A stretch of 64,000 nt of DNA from Octopus sinensis (GCF_006345805.1 NC_042999.1:51708001-51772000), one strand, 5' to 3'. Counted from the stretch's first letter, positions 1 through 15,297 are shown. Translations and numbers: made by a program. The notes: generated by a model not told the origin, from the sequence alone.

Positions 1-208
1 TGCACATATACATACATACATACAAACATACGCACATACATACATATACATACATACGTACATACATACATACGTACATACATACGTACATACATACATA
101 CGTACATACATACATATGTATATACATACGTACATACAGACATACGTACATACATACATACGTACATACATACATACATACATACATACATACATACATA
201 CATACATA
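1..208. repeat. (TACA)n microsatellite
   Basis: Direct tandem TACA with occasional TACG. Confidence 0.97.
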
Positions 209-209
209 C

Positions 210-328
210 TTAGAAACAAAAATACCCTGTTGTTGATGTTCAAATTCCAATGAAGGAGCCTTGGATCTAGGTTAGAAACCGGCTCTTTCTCTATTGGCAA
301 GAAATCTTCAAATAAAACTGGACAATGA
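210..328 (+). mobile_element. 3'-UTR end fragment of the (TACA)n-associated R4/Dong-type LINE
   Basis: ATACCCTGTTGTTGATGTT...GGATCTAGGTTAGAAACCGGCTCTTTCTCTATTGGCAAGAAAT matches 3595-3650, 49558-49670 and 56993-57095. Confidence 0.75.
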
Positions 329-494
329 TACACACATACACACACACGCGCGCTCGCACACACACACGTACGTACATACATACATACACACACATACATA
401 TATATATTCTTTTATTCTTTTCCATGTTTTAGCACTTAGGCTATGGCCATGCTGGAGCATTACCAGTGTAAACACCCCTTCATTGGCCTATTTT

Positions 495-1030
495 ATATGA
501 AGGAGGCTTTTGCTGCCGCCCTCCTTTGAGTCTTCTCCTCTGATAATGGTTCATCTGGGACTTTGGGTAGCAGGAGGTAAAGTTGTTTCTTGAAAACATC
601 TACTCTTGCTCCATGAAGACTCTTCACAAGTTTTTAGCAAGACATGAAATGGCTGTAGGCTTTTGAATCCCAATCTATAGCTGTACATGATCTTCACTCT
701 AGACGGGATATCTGGGACCTTTTTGGAACAGTGAAGTGACGTCCAGTTCGGGAGCGATACAGCTTTCGATACCAAAATTTGGTGCCAGCCCTTCTAGGAT
801 TTTCCCGTCTTCATTCCAGGGAGTAGAGTCAATGTCCTTTCAGTCTCTCTCAGTAGCTCAGCTGTTCCATTGATGCAATCTTCCTGGTGTAACATCGCTG
901 AAATGTCTCTAGTTCTGCCTTTACTTGGACACTGCAGGGTGACCACAGTTAAGATCAGTAGTCCGGACGTCTGAGTACATATCACCATCTTGGTGATATG
1001 CATGTGAAACGAGGCACCGTTGTTCATCCA
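495..1030 (-). mobile_element. CR1-like LINE, decayed 3' end of ORF2
   Basis: Frameshifted minus-strand translation ending LLLPKVPDEP...RRAAA; homologous to 9640-10290 and 51560-51990. Confidence 0.6.
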
Positions 1031-1039
1031 TAAAAAAAA

Positions 1040-1460
1040 TATATATAAACTTACACACATTTATGCGTACATATAGACAGACATACACATATACATACAA
1101 ACTGACATACACACATGCAACCCCACCCCTCATATATTTGCAAACGTACATATATGCACACATACATTCATGCATGTATGCAAACACAGACATATGTACA
1201 TATCTATTAAGAAACACGCATAGACACACACGCATATATATGTAAGCATACAAACATGCATACACACATACATATGTGTGTGTGTGTGTGTTTGTGTGTG
1301 TGTATATGTATACACATACATACAAACAAACATGTTTATATGTATATACATTATATGTATACATACCTGAATGGGTGCATACACATGCATATAATATATA
1401 TATATGTATGCATATATACATATATATACATAATTATACATACATACATATATATATATG
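1040..1460. repeat. Degenerate (TA)/(CA)/(TACA) low-complexity tract
   Basis: Direct; source of the spurious YI/CV/HT ORFs. Confidence 0.9.
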
Positions 1461-1461
1461 T

Positions 1462-1812
1462 GATGATGGCCGTCCACTCGTGGCCGAGGAAGACCATTGC
1501 CGACCTTCAGGAACATTGTGTGCTCTAGGACTAACTTATATTTTGCATTTGCGGCTCCGTTGGTTGTTAATGAGCCCTGCATACACGACTGCAAACATTA
1601 CAGACAAAGCTTTCCCCATTCACCATACGAGCCGTGCGCCTTCGCGCAGCACGCTTAAGTTCTTCATGCTGGATACGTGCTCTCTCAAAAGTGTCGATCC
1701 CCTCCTTAACCTGCTTCCTCCATCTGTGGCGATGACAGGCATTGTTCTCCTAGTCAGTGTCCTGCATATCACAGGCCTTTAATGAGGACTTGACACAGTC
1801 CTTAAATCTTTA
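1462..1812 (-). mobile_element. RTE-clade LINE 3' end (decayed)
   Basis: Minus translation [13 protein letters not shown]...DRHRWRKQVKEG-like...FVCNVCSRVC, typical of the RTE C-terminus with C2 zinc motif. Confidence 0.7.
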
Positions 1813-1818
1813 TGTGTA

Positions 1819-1821
<3 letters not shown>

Positions 1822-1890
<69 letters not shown>

Positions 1891-2001
1891 ATATATATAT
1901 ATATATATCTATATATATATCTATATATATATCTATCTATCTATCTTCTATCTATCTATCTATCTATCTATCTCTATCTATCTATCTTCTATCTATCTAT
2001 C

Positions 2002-2032
<31 letters not shown>

Positions 2033-2141
2033 CTACTTATCTTTCTCTCTCTCTCTCTCTGTATATATATATACATACATACATACATACATACATACAT
2101 ACATACATACATACATACATACATACATACATACATACATA
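1822..2141. repeat. Compound microsatellite (TA)n-(CTAT)n-(CT)n-(TACA)n
   Basis: Direct. Confidence 0.97.
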
Positions 2142-3660
2142 CCAGGAAATAGAAATACCAGAATTACACATTGTTTCTTTGTGGATGGCTAAAATTTTCT
2201 GCAAAGAATATGCATGAGATGAAAAAGAGCCTTGATCCAGTTGCAACATACTCAAAGGATGTAAGGTTGGAAATTGGTCAGGATAAATGTTGTTATATGA
2301 TTTGACTGTCCCCACTGTATCTGACGAGGAATGTTACAGGTATCTAAGGGTGGATGAAAATATATCTTACAATGGCACCTGTAACAAAACATGTATCACT
2401 AAAGAATATTACATGCGAATAAAGAACATTTCGACCTCAGAACTCTCTGCATACAATAAAACTGGCGCACAATGTGTTTGCAGTGTCATTACTCATACCA
2501 ACATTTGGGCTGCTTGATTGGACACTTGATGAGATTCGAGCCATTGATGTGAAAACCCGGAAAATACTATCAAGCACACAAATTTCCAGATAAGCAGTGA
2601 TGTAGACCGCCGCTACCTAAAACGCAAACAAGGCAGCAGAGGCTTAACATCGATCCAAACTGCCTTTGAATGTCGCACAATATCCCTTCGGCAACATCTT
2701 TTAACTACAAAATGTCGAAGTGTATCCCTTGACCAAGTTTGCATACATGTAGCTGATAACATCATAAGACTTGGAAGGCAGTTCCTTGAGCAACACTTTT
2801 TGTTTGATAACCCAAAATACATGTCCAAAGAAGTCGTCCGACTCTACCGAAAAGTAAAGTATCATCAGATGAAAGGATGAGCCTCTATGAGCAGAAGACT
2901 ATGCATGGATATGTTAGAAAGCTCCGTGATGATAGTTACATGGATCATCAAAGCAGTTCCTCATGGACCAATAGCCGGATTATTACCTCCCACTTTGAGG
3001 GGTATGAAATATCAAGCAAGTACCTGATGCACAAAAGAGATAGAGATGCAGGAAAAGCAGTAAAATGCGATAACCAATGCAGACTTTGTGGAGTCCACAC
3101 TAAAGATATCACCCATATCATAAGCAGTTGTCTGAAAATGTCATTACGGCTTTATCTACCGATGAGACAAGACGTTGTAGCTAGGACACTCTATAATGAA
3201 ATCCGTCGGAAGGATAAACCCGAGGACAAAGAAATAAGAAACCACAATATAGTAGAAGCCATTGCCACTCATAATAAAAAGGAATACTAGTGAAATGCAC
3301 CAGTGAAGATCTCAATAAAATGTAAGCACAACAGACCTGATATAATGATTTGGGATAGAGAAGAGAAACTGTGTACAGTTGTGGAAATTAGCTGCCCAGT
3401 GGATGCTAACATAAAGCTGAAGATCAGTGAGAAAGAGAAGATTTGCAGTTACTCTATCCAGAATACAAATTCAGGTTTATACCTGTAATATTTGGGACCC
3501 TAGGTTATGTAACACACTGCCTAAATATGAATCTGAGAGATTAGGCTTCTCAAAACCAGAAAGAAGAAAGCTAATTCGATGACTACAGATCCCTGGATCT
3601 AGGTTGGAAACTGGTTCTTTCTCTATTGGCAAGAAATCATGAAATAATATGAGTAATGAT
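2142..3660 (+). mobile_element. 5'-truncated R4/Dong-type non-LTR retrotransposon (RT thumb, CCHC, restriction-like endonuclease), pseudogenised
   Basis: ORFs 2287, 2877 and 3303: CYRYLRV (YKYLG-like), SDVDRRYLKRKQGSRGL, CRLCGVHTKDITHIISSC, HNRPDIMIWDREEKLCTVVEISCP; (TACA)n on both sides. Confidence 0.9.
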
Positions 3661-3920
3661 GTACATACGTACGTACGTACGTACATACATACATACATAC
3701 ATACATACATACATACATACATGCATACATGCATACATACATACATACATACATGCATACATACATACATACATACATACATACATACATACATACATAC
3801 ATACATACATACCCGTTGTTGATGTTGAATAAAACTGAATAATGACATACATACATGCATACGTGCATGCATAACATACATGCATGCATACATATATACA
3901 TGTATATATACATATATGCA
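3661..3920. repeat. (TACA)n/(CATG) tail containing a ~35-bp remnant of the same LINE 3' end (3811-3845)
   Basis: CCCGTTGTTGATGTTGAATAAAACTGAATAATGAC inside the TACA array. Confidence 0.85.
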
Positions 3921-6900
3921 TGTATGATCCTCAAAGGAACGCTCATCTCCCCGTGATCTTTTATGTGACCTCAGAATAGTTTGAAAGATCTGGTAACGAA
4001 ACACTCTGGTTACCACAAAAATGTTATGCCTAGGTAATGTTTTCCTTTCCACCAATCCAAGAGCTGGAGATAACTTCGAAGTCCCAAATGAGCAAAGGAG
4101 ACAGTGAAGCGACAGAAAATATCGATTATACGATATATCTGTGGAATATCTTTTAGCAGCTCTTACAAAAGTGTCATCAACGTATTGTAACAAGATGCTG
4201 GTAAAACAATATATAATGCCATCTGTAGCATGGGCTGTTCTGGAATAAATGGAGACATTTTCTTTGTTTTTGATTATATATTAACACAAGAAATATCGGT
4301 GGAGCATTCCAATCAACACTCTCAAATGCAAAGATAAGGGATTTGTTGTTTGTTAATGTAGAGTGAGAGAGGTCAGCTCTCCGGCAAATTTGAACAATTT
4401 TTCCAAAATCGGTGAAAATGAGAAGCTTTATAGATAGCTATTTCGAAATCTGCAGTTCCTTTACTTTCATTATAAATTCACAATTAGCTTTGTTAATATT
4501 CAAGTGACAATCTGGAAAAACTAAGATTTTCAAGGAAGGAAGGAGAACAGCCAACACAAACTTCACAAGCACAGTAAAACCATTTAGGATAAATACATAG
4601 CACTTACCATTGTTTCTTTTGTAGAAACCAATTCCTTCATGAGAGGAATAATTCAGATAATTAAAAGCAAGAAATAGCACATTTATGATGGCTGTTCATT
4701 CACTAGACGAATCTAAACATCACCGACGATTAGCGAATATAAAGAAGGAAATCCTCCAAAAATTGTCAGTAATGATTGTTTGAAATTTAAGTGGAGAACA
4801 GCTTGTACAATACTTCAGCAAGTGTCATTGACAAAGCCAAAGAGCGCAGAGAAGCGTCGAAATAGGTCGTTAACAGGAAACTTTCATCGTGAGACTTAAC
4901 AAATAACGACATTTTCAGATACAATAAGCAAGGGTACAGACTTTACTGTGAGCTACCATTCTCGAGTTAAATGCATGAAGTGGTTGTAATGTCATCTTAA
5001 ATTATATCGCAAAGATATATTTCAAGGGGACAGTCCCTCCTTACGGCTGTTTATGTTTTCACTGGTTGTGATAGACAATGCATGTTGGGAGAGTAACCCA
5101 GGGGGATCATCCGCCTCCAGCCAGCCAGAGTGAGAGAGAGAGAGAGAGGGAGAGAGAGAGAGATGTTGGAAAGAGGTGGATGGAGGGAAGGAGAGGTAGT
5201 GTGAGAGAGAGAGCGAGAGAAAACTAATAATCGCTGTGATTTGAACTCAGAATGCAGGGATTTTATCCGATGCTCCGTTGGTTCCCCTATACACATTGCA
5301 TGACATGTTACCTCAACTGAGAACACTGTAAACTGTCCCCACATGCTTTACACTATCCCCTAACTTCTTCATATTTCGGGTTCTTTCTTTCATGTTCTCA
5401 TTCTATACTTCCTTCTAAAGATCATCAGAACTTCGTCAAAAGTTAATTACAGGCTTTATTAATACAATCTTGAAATCTACAATAAAACATGTTCACTAAA
5501 ATATACTTCTTAAAATATGTTTATTTATAATATCTGTTCACTAAAAGATCTGTTAATTTTTTATATCTGTTCACTAAAATAAATGTTCATTAAAATGCCA
5601 GCGCTTTAAGAAAGTTATTTTAAACGAAGATAACATTTTGAATTCAGTGGAACTGGTGATAATTAGTGTCGGTAAATATCAGTGAATATGAAATTATGGC
5701 ATTTAATAAAGTAGATTTGCTATGGAGATTGCAGAGTATAACGTTACATCATCATGGTCCGTCGTGAATGAAGAAATTAGGATTAAACCTGAAGATGAGG
5801 GATGGATTAAGAGGATAATTAAGAAGATAATTAAGTGTCGAGGGTTAGATGGCTTGCATGAAGATGAGAAACCAATGAGACGAATAAAAACGTTTCACCG
5901 GAAGATAGACATTCCTGATATTAGCACGAAAAGCAATACAGTTAAAGTAACAAGTCAATGCATTGAAGTGAGAAAGTAATATCCCATATCACTTAGAATT
6001 TCAGAGACAATAGCAGCTGAAATCATTGTAGGAAGGAAGGAAGGTATGGGATTGGAAGAAGGGCAAAGTGATAGAAGATTTCATTTCAATTGGAACTATT
6101 CAATTTCTTTAAGTATATTTACGATTGCATTAGCCAAAGTGACATTCCTTTTTCAAGATCGGAGAGTATAATTTGTGTGTGGTTTGGTTGTTATTTCTAG
6201 GGAGTCAATAAACCATCTCATGACCATCGAATGACCGCATCTTACTGTTTATAATGATTAAGTGAAACATACACCAGTTGGGGAAGTCACCATGTAAGGT
6301 TAAATTGTTTTGAGAGCCAACTGTTGCAATAAGATTTCATTTCAGGATATGCAAAACCATTTCACAGTCTAATATCTTCCCATTTGGAATTGTGAGGTGT
6401 TGTAGCTAAAGGAGAAATTACTGTTATTAACGTTTGACAGAATATTTGAGTGTAAGAGGAATAAAGCTCCAGATTTTCTTGATCTTTCGCTAAGTGGGCT
6501 GCCTTCAACTGGAGATTGCGTACGTGCACTTTATTGCAGGTTCCACATTCTTGTACATCTTTTAAGTCTTTTATACAAGTAATGTGCTCAGAGTAAATGC
6601 TTTCTTATGATTTATAATCCAAATTATGAAGATTAAAGCAAAATTGTTTCTTACAAAATTACTTTTTAATTAATGACAAATGGTTCATAGAAACTTCACT
6701 TTGTAACTATTTTCCATTTTTTAGATAAATAATATTGAGTTGTACAAACTGCAGGTCATCTAATGAAATGCTGTAGAAGATTTGAACCTGGAAACCATCG
6801 CCTCGCTATCCTTAAACAAATAACGAAAGATGTTGAAATTTCTATAGATTTTTGAAGGCAACTGTTTAATAATTATAAATGGTTTTTATTCCATTTATAA

Positions 6901-8779
6901 TTTTATTTGAAAAGATCCACTAGTTGAAATGTTTCGAAAAATAATCATTGAATAATTAGGAAACGATATATGTTTTTTTTTCTCCATTATATAATCTCAT
7001 TCAGCTTTGTATTAAATTCACTCTTTTAGAATCAGACAAAGGAAATTCGGCGGTGTGTGTGCGTGCGCGCGCTATCTGGACATTAATACACAACAATACC
7101 AATTGCTGATTGCATTTTATTTATTTCTTTTTCCTGGATAATTGATATTATTCGTTGGATATAAAGTCAACAGATTAAAAACAAGTACAAAAACAGTTTG
7201 CATTAACACAATTAGAAGCCAAGACACGATGAGTTTTTCTCAGAGGAAAAAAATCCCCTTATAACATCAAATATATTATTAATTCAATGAGATTCTTTTA
7301 TTCATAACAATTGATATAAAGTCTGTTTTTGTTTTATGCATAATTTATAGTTAATTGAATTTGGTATTTGATGAGAGCTGCCAGTTTTGCCAAGACCGCT
7401 ACAATTGGGATGTTATTATTTTCTGTATTTCTAATCTAAATTCAGTTTTATTTTTTGAAATTTGGATAAATATGTATGAAACATTTCGTGTCTAAATTTC
7501 AATAAAAAAACACAATTGAGTTAGAATCAAATATTAGGTTATAAATTATGTCTGTTCTGCTGATTAAATTTGCCGAATATAGAGCAAATTTCCAAGCGAA
7601 AAAAAAAAAAAAAAAGAAACGAAATGGAATAATAGAGAGGTTTTGTTATGACTGGCAAGCGTACCTCCGTGACGAGGAACTGTCACCATAGAGGGCAGCA
7701 GGTGTGATAGTAATGGACATGAGATTCGTTGAGTGACCTGAGAGGGTGCTGTGCATTTATATTTGTAGATTAGTAGATTAGTGATACATTATAGTATTTC
7801 TCTGTTTAACACGACACATTTTACAATGGTTTCATAAGAACATAAAATCACAAAACATTTTTTTTTATTGCTTCCAAACATTTTTGAAGCACGAAACCAA
7901 AACAAAAAATTGACCAAACATTCAGGGTCCCAGTTTCGACTTTTCGAGACAAGAACCGCTATGTCTGCTGAGCAGTGAAGGGAAATAACAAAACAAAAAC
8001 AAAAATAAAACAACAAAAACAATTCCCCTCCTCCACCAAAAAAAATCACTCGCTTTATATCGACTTCATCTCAGTCATCCTTGTAAAACAAACATAAGAA
8101 TTTGATTTGATTGAATTCCCCGGAGACATAGAGAACGGAAAGATAATATTTCAGATCTGTAAATCTGTTGACAACTGATTAGAGTGAGGATAAGTGAATA
8201 TTATTGATTAAATTATTAATCAATTTTGCAATAATTTAGATCTCCTTTATCGAAGTATTTGTCAGTTTCAGCATTGTTGCCAGGTTATAAACCACCCCAC
8301 CCCGCTTCGCTCTTGACACGTTTGCACAATTCACAACTGTTAAATATTACTGAATGTAATTTGATCAAATCATTGTTTAGTGAATGTGCAAATTAAAGGA
8401 ATATAACTTCTTGTCAAATGAATCCGACCAGGCACTCATATCAATTATTGTAATTCCACGCTTCCGTAGGCTAAGACTAATTAGTGACTAAAATTGGCTG
8501 ATCGAATAGTCTCCGCCCACCATGGAAGTGATGGCATCTATAACCTATTCCAGACTTCATATACCATAAATATTCAACGATGTATACCTACAATAACACA
8601 CATTTCACACTGTCGAGGTGATGGTCTCTATAAACTATTCTAGACTTCATCTTCCATAAATATTTAACCATGCATGCTTACAATAAAACAGTTTTTTTTT
8701 AGTTTTACCAAATAATTGGTGTTTTTCTCTCTGAAAATAAAACAGGAAGATTCGAAACAGGAGGTAGACATGTTTTTCT

Positions 8780-9425
8780 ACAATGATCAAAACCAGCTTT
8801 GCATCTAACTTCACACGCCACACCCCAGATAAATTGCTCAAAAATGGTCTATTCCATCTCACCAGGCCCACCACCACGTACAACAAATGTTAAAAGGCTT
8901 GTGACATGCTTTCCACTATCTCCAGACAGTATAACTCCACCTCTAGCCTTGATTGTTATCAAACTTGATTTCAAATCATCAAAACCCCAACTCGTATCAC
9001 AAAGACTGATTTAATCCTCTCTGGATTAAAAAACAAAAGGTTTTCACCCTTAACAACTCCTAAACTTCTACAAAGTTCAGGTGAGACCTGCATTGGCATA
9101 TTGCTTCAACATCTGGGATGGCACTGCTGCTCCACACGGTGACACCCCAGACTGAATTGAAGATGAGAGCTCTTGAGTGATTGACATGAAATCACCGAAA
9201 AACACTCCAACTTCCACCCTCCTGCTGTGCTGTCTCTTCTCTCTGACAGTTCTGCCGTTACTGCAGTGGTCACTGTTCTTCGGAACGGACTGGTCTTCAG
9301 TCTCCTAAACTTTTCCACTCCGTTCATTTCTCATATTGCGTGTAGACCCCCACATCCCACACTAACCACTGTTTCCGGTTCTTTATCTGGAAATCTCTCC
9401 CTGCATATAGTTCCCATGCACCAGT
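8780..9425 (+). mobile_element. Decayed APE-type LINE C-terminal region (CR1/Jockey supergroup)
   Basis: Translation FYKVQVRPALAYCFNIWDG resembles the LYKAQVRP-MEYCSHIW motif; ends at (TA)n. Confidence 0.55.
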
Positions 9426-9434
9426 ATATACGAT

Positions 9435-9512
<78 letters not shown>

Positions 9513-9639
9513 AATATTAAATTTCTAAATATTTCAGAGAGATATAAGCAGTGGTGGAACGATAGAGCAGTTGTATACTGTCAACTTAACGTGACAGTCC
9601 CATAAAGGGAATCACACCACCGCTATTTAGCCCTAGGAA

Positions 9640-10290
9640 GCACCAACGCTTCCTGTCGGCAAGTATGCTAATGATAGAAAAGTATCTTAGGCAACAAGAA
9701 ACCCAGGAGATGATATTGCAAGCCTACAACGGCAAAACAATGCAATCTACAAGATGGATGAAAATTTATTGCTGGAAAATTTCAAGACCATTCCTCAGCC
9801 CACTCTCAGTACACAAACACTCCACAACTTTGATACACGGAATTTGTAGTGGTTGTAATTCCAGAGTCACATTCAGCACGTACCCTAGGGATAAATATGA
9901 GTTATGAAATAACTTTACATGTACACCATTATCATGACAGCAATGGTGAGAGGAATGGATTTTTAGTTTATGCGATACAAGTGATCCAACACTATACAAG
10001 AGAATTAAAACAAAACCCTGCTCCTTTTTTGGAGAAAAGTTATACTCAGGTGCCAAGACTCCATATCATTCCTTCTCCTTCAAAGAAACTGGGCAATCTA
10101 CTCGGAATAGATGTTGATGCTTTGAAGAAACACCTGGATAAGCTATTCTCTGTGATTTCTGGCGAACAAATTTCACGGCAAGGAACGCAACTGAAGGCAG
10201 CGGCATCGAACTCCCTGGTTCACCAAAAAATTCAGTACAGTTGAAGCAGTATCAGTTGTATACGATATACTCCAACATTACCACAACTCT
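9640..10290 (+). mobile_element. CR1-like LINE 3' end (decayed)
   Basis: ORF 9849 ends GNLLGIDVDALKKHLDKLFSV...AAASNSLVHQ; homologous to 495-1030. Confidence 0.65.
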
Positions 10291-10326
10291 TGGGATGGCG
10301 CTTATAATAAAAGAATACCATAAAAA

Positions 10327-10930
<604 letters not shown>

Positions 10931-11259
10931 GGACATATTTGACCTGAAAAAAGGCCGTATTCACTGCCGTTTGTCCTTGAGAAAAGAAAAAAAAACTTGT
11001 CTTAGGCAACAAGTATTAAAAACAAAGTTATTTCATAATATGTTATTTCATGTGTTGGGACGGTGAACGCATTTCTAGCTTCTGGCTATCATCAGCAACC
11101 TGAACTGCAAGAGGGACGACCATGAAATAACTCTGGGAGTCTTCGTTTCCTCATAAAATAATTCAGTCACAACACGAACTGATTACGTTCGACGCTGGTC
11201 TCGGTTAGAACAGAATATCATCGTGAGCATTTCAAAGTAGTGTTGCGAATAAACAAACA

Positions 11260-11660
11260 GGCGCAGGAGTGGCTGTGTGGTAAGTAGCTTGCTAACCAAT
11301 CACATGGTTCCGGGTTCAGTCCCACTGCGTGGCATCTTGGGCAAGTGTCTTCTGCTATAGCCTCGGGCCGACCAAAGCCTTGTGAGTGGATTTGGTAGAC
11401 GGAAACTGAAAGAAGCCTGTCGTATATATGTATATATATATATGTATGTGTGTGTATATGTTTGTGTGTCTGTGTTTGTCCCTCTAGCATTGCTTGACAA
11501 CCGATGCTGGTGTGTTTACGTCCCCGTCACTTAGCGGTTCGGCAAAGGAGACTGGGTTGACAAAGAATAAGTCCCGGGGTCGATTTGCTCGACTAAAGGC
11601 GGTGCTCCAGCATGGCCGTAGTCAAATGACTGAAACAAGTAAAAGAGAAAAGAGAGAGTA
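11260..11660 (+). mobile_element. tRNA-derived SINE family A, full length
   Basis: GGCGCAGGAGTGGCTGTGTGG head, B-box-like GGTTCAGTCC, internal (TA/TG)n, tail GAAACAAGTAAAAGAG; at least 9 related copies in the window. Confidence 0.9.
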
Positions 11661-12364
11661 AATATTTAAATGAGTCTATTTGAAACATATCTGACCAGAG
11701 AACCATCGATATGAATTGACTGTTGGCGCTTTTTTAGCATCCATTGCGTAAAGCAAGAATCTTATCGACGGCAAACAGCAGTGAACCTGACCTTTGTACA
11801 GGTCAGAGGTGTCATAAACATATTTGACTGATCTAAATATGTGTGGATGTGTAAAAAGTATATATGTTTAAGAATGTATAAATATGTGTGTGTGAATCTC
11901 TGTGTATGTACAGTATATGAGATATTAATATAATGATATTATTCCGCTTCAAATAATAACCAGAATTAAATGGTTTAACAAATTTTCTCCTCCAAAACAG
12001 TTGTTCACCTAATGACCTATTCATTTTTATTATTCCAAATTTTGTAAATATTCTTTAAATGTTATTAAGTTTTCCTCTTTAACTCTGCTGTTATCTTCCC
12101 CCATCGCAACTCAGTCACATTTCTAGATATCTAACACACTGCGGTGCTTTCTTAATGATTTATGGTAAAAGGTGGCTAAAAGAGGTAGAAGTACGACTTG
12201 CATTCCGACCTCTTAAAACCCTCACCAACAACGAAAACCAAAACAGACCCTTGTGTTGGAGAGTTGTCGCCTGAGTGGTGCAAAGGTGTCATCCACCAGG
12301 GCTTATAGGAAATCGCCGACAAATGGTGGAGGCAGCGACGTGGTCTTACAGCGCAAGCTCCCGT

Positions 12365-12404
12365 ACTACTACTACTACTACTACTACCACCACTACTGCT
12401 GCTG

Positions 12405-12481
<77 letters not shown>

Positions 12482-12506
12482 GCTGCTGCTGCTACTACCA
12501 CTACTA

Positions 12507-12538
<32 letters not shown>

Positions 12539-12570
12539 CACCACGACTACTACTGCTGCTGCTGCTGCTG

Positions 12571-12659
<89 letters not shown>

Positions 12660-12681
12660 GCCGCCGCCGCTGCTGCTGCTG

Positions 12682-12726
<45 letters not shown>
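12365..12726. repeat. (CTA)n/(CCA)n/(CTG)n trinucleotide array
   Basis: Direct; source of the poly-T/Y/V ORFs. Confidence 0.97.
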
Positions 12727-13509
12727 TCACCTTAAAGGTTTTTGATTTTCTATAATGTGTGTGATTCTGTGAGAGAATCAATAGTAAACTGACACCGAAA
12801 AAGTTGTTTATTCCAAAGAAAATTTAACAATAATTTTAGAAAAAATATTGAACTGTTTGAAGGAAATGGAGGACTGGCCTTTTCATTCTCTAGGAACGAC
12901 TACAAATTCTTCCTTTGAAATTTACCATCAAATATTTCACCAAGCCCTTAACAGAATTTGTTAGGAAACTTAGCTTCATCAGTTTTAATTACTAATATTT
13001 AACGTAATATGTTTTTTTATTTTTTTTCTATGCTGTTTTATTTTAATTTTTATTCTAACAGAGAAAGAAGGGCAACCCTATGCTGCAACGGACCATTTTT
13101 ATATCAGGGCCTCTGTGACTGATGGAAACATAGGAGTAATTTATCGTTAGATAACAAGATCCCAATGCCTCAAACTAAAACACGCAAGGGTCAGGTGGTA
13201 ATGGTCGTTGAGGTGTTAAACTGGACGATGGGTAACATGGGTAAAGTCACCCAACCAAGAAGAAGAACAGTCTCTTCGAGAAAATTCTTCACGGTTTGCA
13301 CCTTCAACATTCCGATGATGAGGGGGTAGGTGACCTTCAGCTATAGTAGAAGATATCTGCTGGCAAATAGGATTGAACTCGGATCCTCAATGTTCCCAAA
13401 AGAATTCTTAACAATTGGCTGCAACTAATTTACATAAAGGATTATTATAGTTTTAGTTTCTATCCACCAATCTCTTGACTTTTTTATGTTTCTGGTCCTA
13501 AATTATAAT

Positions 13510-13912
13510 TCTATTGTCGACAGGGGGCTAAACATAGCGTACAAACAAGGACAGACAAAAGGATTAAGTTGATTACATCTACCCCAGTGCATAACTGGTA
13601 CTTATTTGGTCGACCCCGAAAGGATGAAAGGCAAGGTCGAACTTGGCGGAATTTGAACTCACAACGTAGCGGCAGACCTATTTCTTTACTACCCACAAGG
13701 GGCTAAACACAGAGAGGACAAACAAGGACAGACAAACGGATTAAGTCGATTATATCGACCCCAGTGCGCAACTGGTACTTATTTAATCGACCCCGAAAGG
13801 ATGAAAGGCAAAGTCGACCTCGGCGGAATTTGAACTCAGGACGTAGCGGCAGACGAAATATCGCTAAGCATTTCGCCCGACGTGCTAACGTTTCTGCCAG
13901 CTCGCCACCCTC
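13510..13912 (-). mobile_element. tRNA-derived SINE family B, partial tandem dimer
   Basis: Minus-strand head GGTGGCGAGCTGGCAGAAACGTTAGC, B box GAGTTCAAATTCC; second 5'-truncated copy at 13510-13677. Confidence 0.9.
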
Positions 13913-15241
13913 ATTATTGTTTTATAATCCATGAACAGAATATAAACGACCAGCTGATGTCGCTGTTTGTCGAAAAGTTCATTTTACTATTACATTGCTC
14001 AAAGTTCAATTCGCCAATATGATACCTTCGAGTTGATTAAGATCATGTCAGGGAAACTGTGGTACACTGGCCCTGAAAATAATGTTCTTCCACCAATGAT
14101 AGGGGCCTTGAAAAAAGGAGGTGAGTACTGTCCCTTTTTTCTCTCATATAAATCATTATAATGTTTATATTAAAATCATTAAATATATTTAAAGATTTAA
14201 TTAACTCATTATATAGGCGGGGTGAAACCTAATTATACCCAACTGAAGTTTCTAACAGACATCAAGATGAAGTGTGCGCTTGAGTGGTTGAGAGTATGAG
14301 TGAGTGTGTGTGTGTGTCTGTGACACACCTTTAACAATTCTCTTGTTATAACAGGGAGATAAAAAGACGAAGTATTAAGAGTAAATTTTGCTGTGAAATT
14401 AGTTGCTTAAAAATAATTCGTCCAACACACACGCACACACACCACACACAAATACACGCACACACACACTAAATTAATACAACACTGGAAAAATAATCCG
14501 GGAAGCTCGGGAACGGAAAGTCCTGCATCTCTGGATTTATTGGTTTTCTGGGGACAGTTTAAATATACACTTAAAATGCAAGATAAAATATGAAAAAACT
14601 TAAAGATTGATTGTATTAGAGATTCATACACTTCTCAAGCAGGGTTTGTTTGATAGATGTTAAATCTACTTAAATATCATATTGTATTATGTATACAGTG
14701 TAATGTTCATAGGAACGAAGGAAAGTAAAGAAAGAAGAAATGTAAAGAAAAGGAAGAAAAAATAAAGAAAACGAAGAAGAGTAAAGAACATGATTTTATT
14801 GAACAGCTACAAATATAAACTAATACGCTTCTAAAGCAGATAATGTTTATCTAAATCCTCTTTTTAAAGTAAAGAAGAAAACTATTTTTAACACAACGTA
14901 TGTAAATTAGGCAACTTCTGAAACAGGGTCTATTTATACAGAGTACAGAGTACAGGATATTACATGATATAGCACAGTATTTCCGGATTTCTGGAAGCTG
15001 GAAAAGAGGTGTGGGAGTGTGTAACCCTACACTTACTATTTCTTATTTGAAGCCAAGAAAGTAAAGAGGACAAGAATCAAAACACAAAGACCGAGTAATC
15101 GTAGATGTGGTGGAAGAAAGGCATATCTGCCGTACAGATATTTTAATACTCCTTTTGAATGCTCGTTACCCACCCATCTATCCATCCATCCATCCATCTA
15201 TTTATCCACCTTTCTCTCTATCTCTCTCTCTTTCTCTCTCT

Positions 15242-15296
<55 letters not shown>

Positions 15297-15297
<1 letters not shown>

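Noticed and set aside
13080-13420. Possible RTE 5'/endonuclease start (FTVCTFNI)
   Set aside because: Only one short motif; insufficient support
14052-14120. Possible 69-nt exon ending at AG|GTGAGT (KLWYTGPENNVLPPMIGALKKG)
   Set aside because: The acceptor lacks a pyrimidine tract, there is no recognisable homology and no partner exons were found
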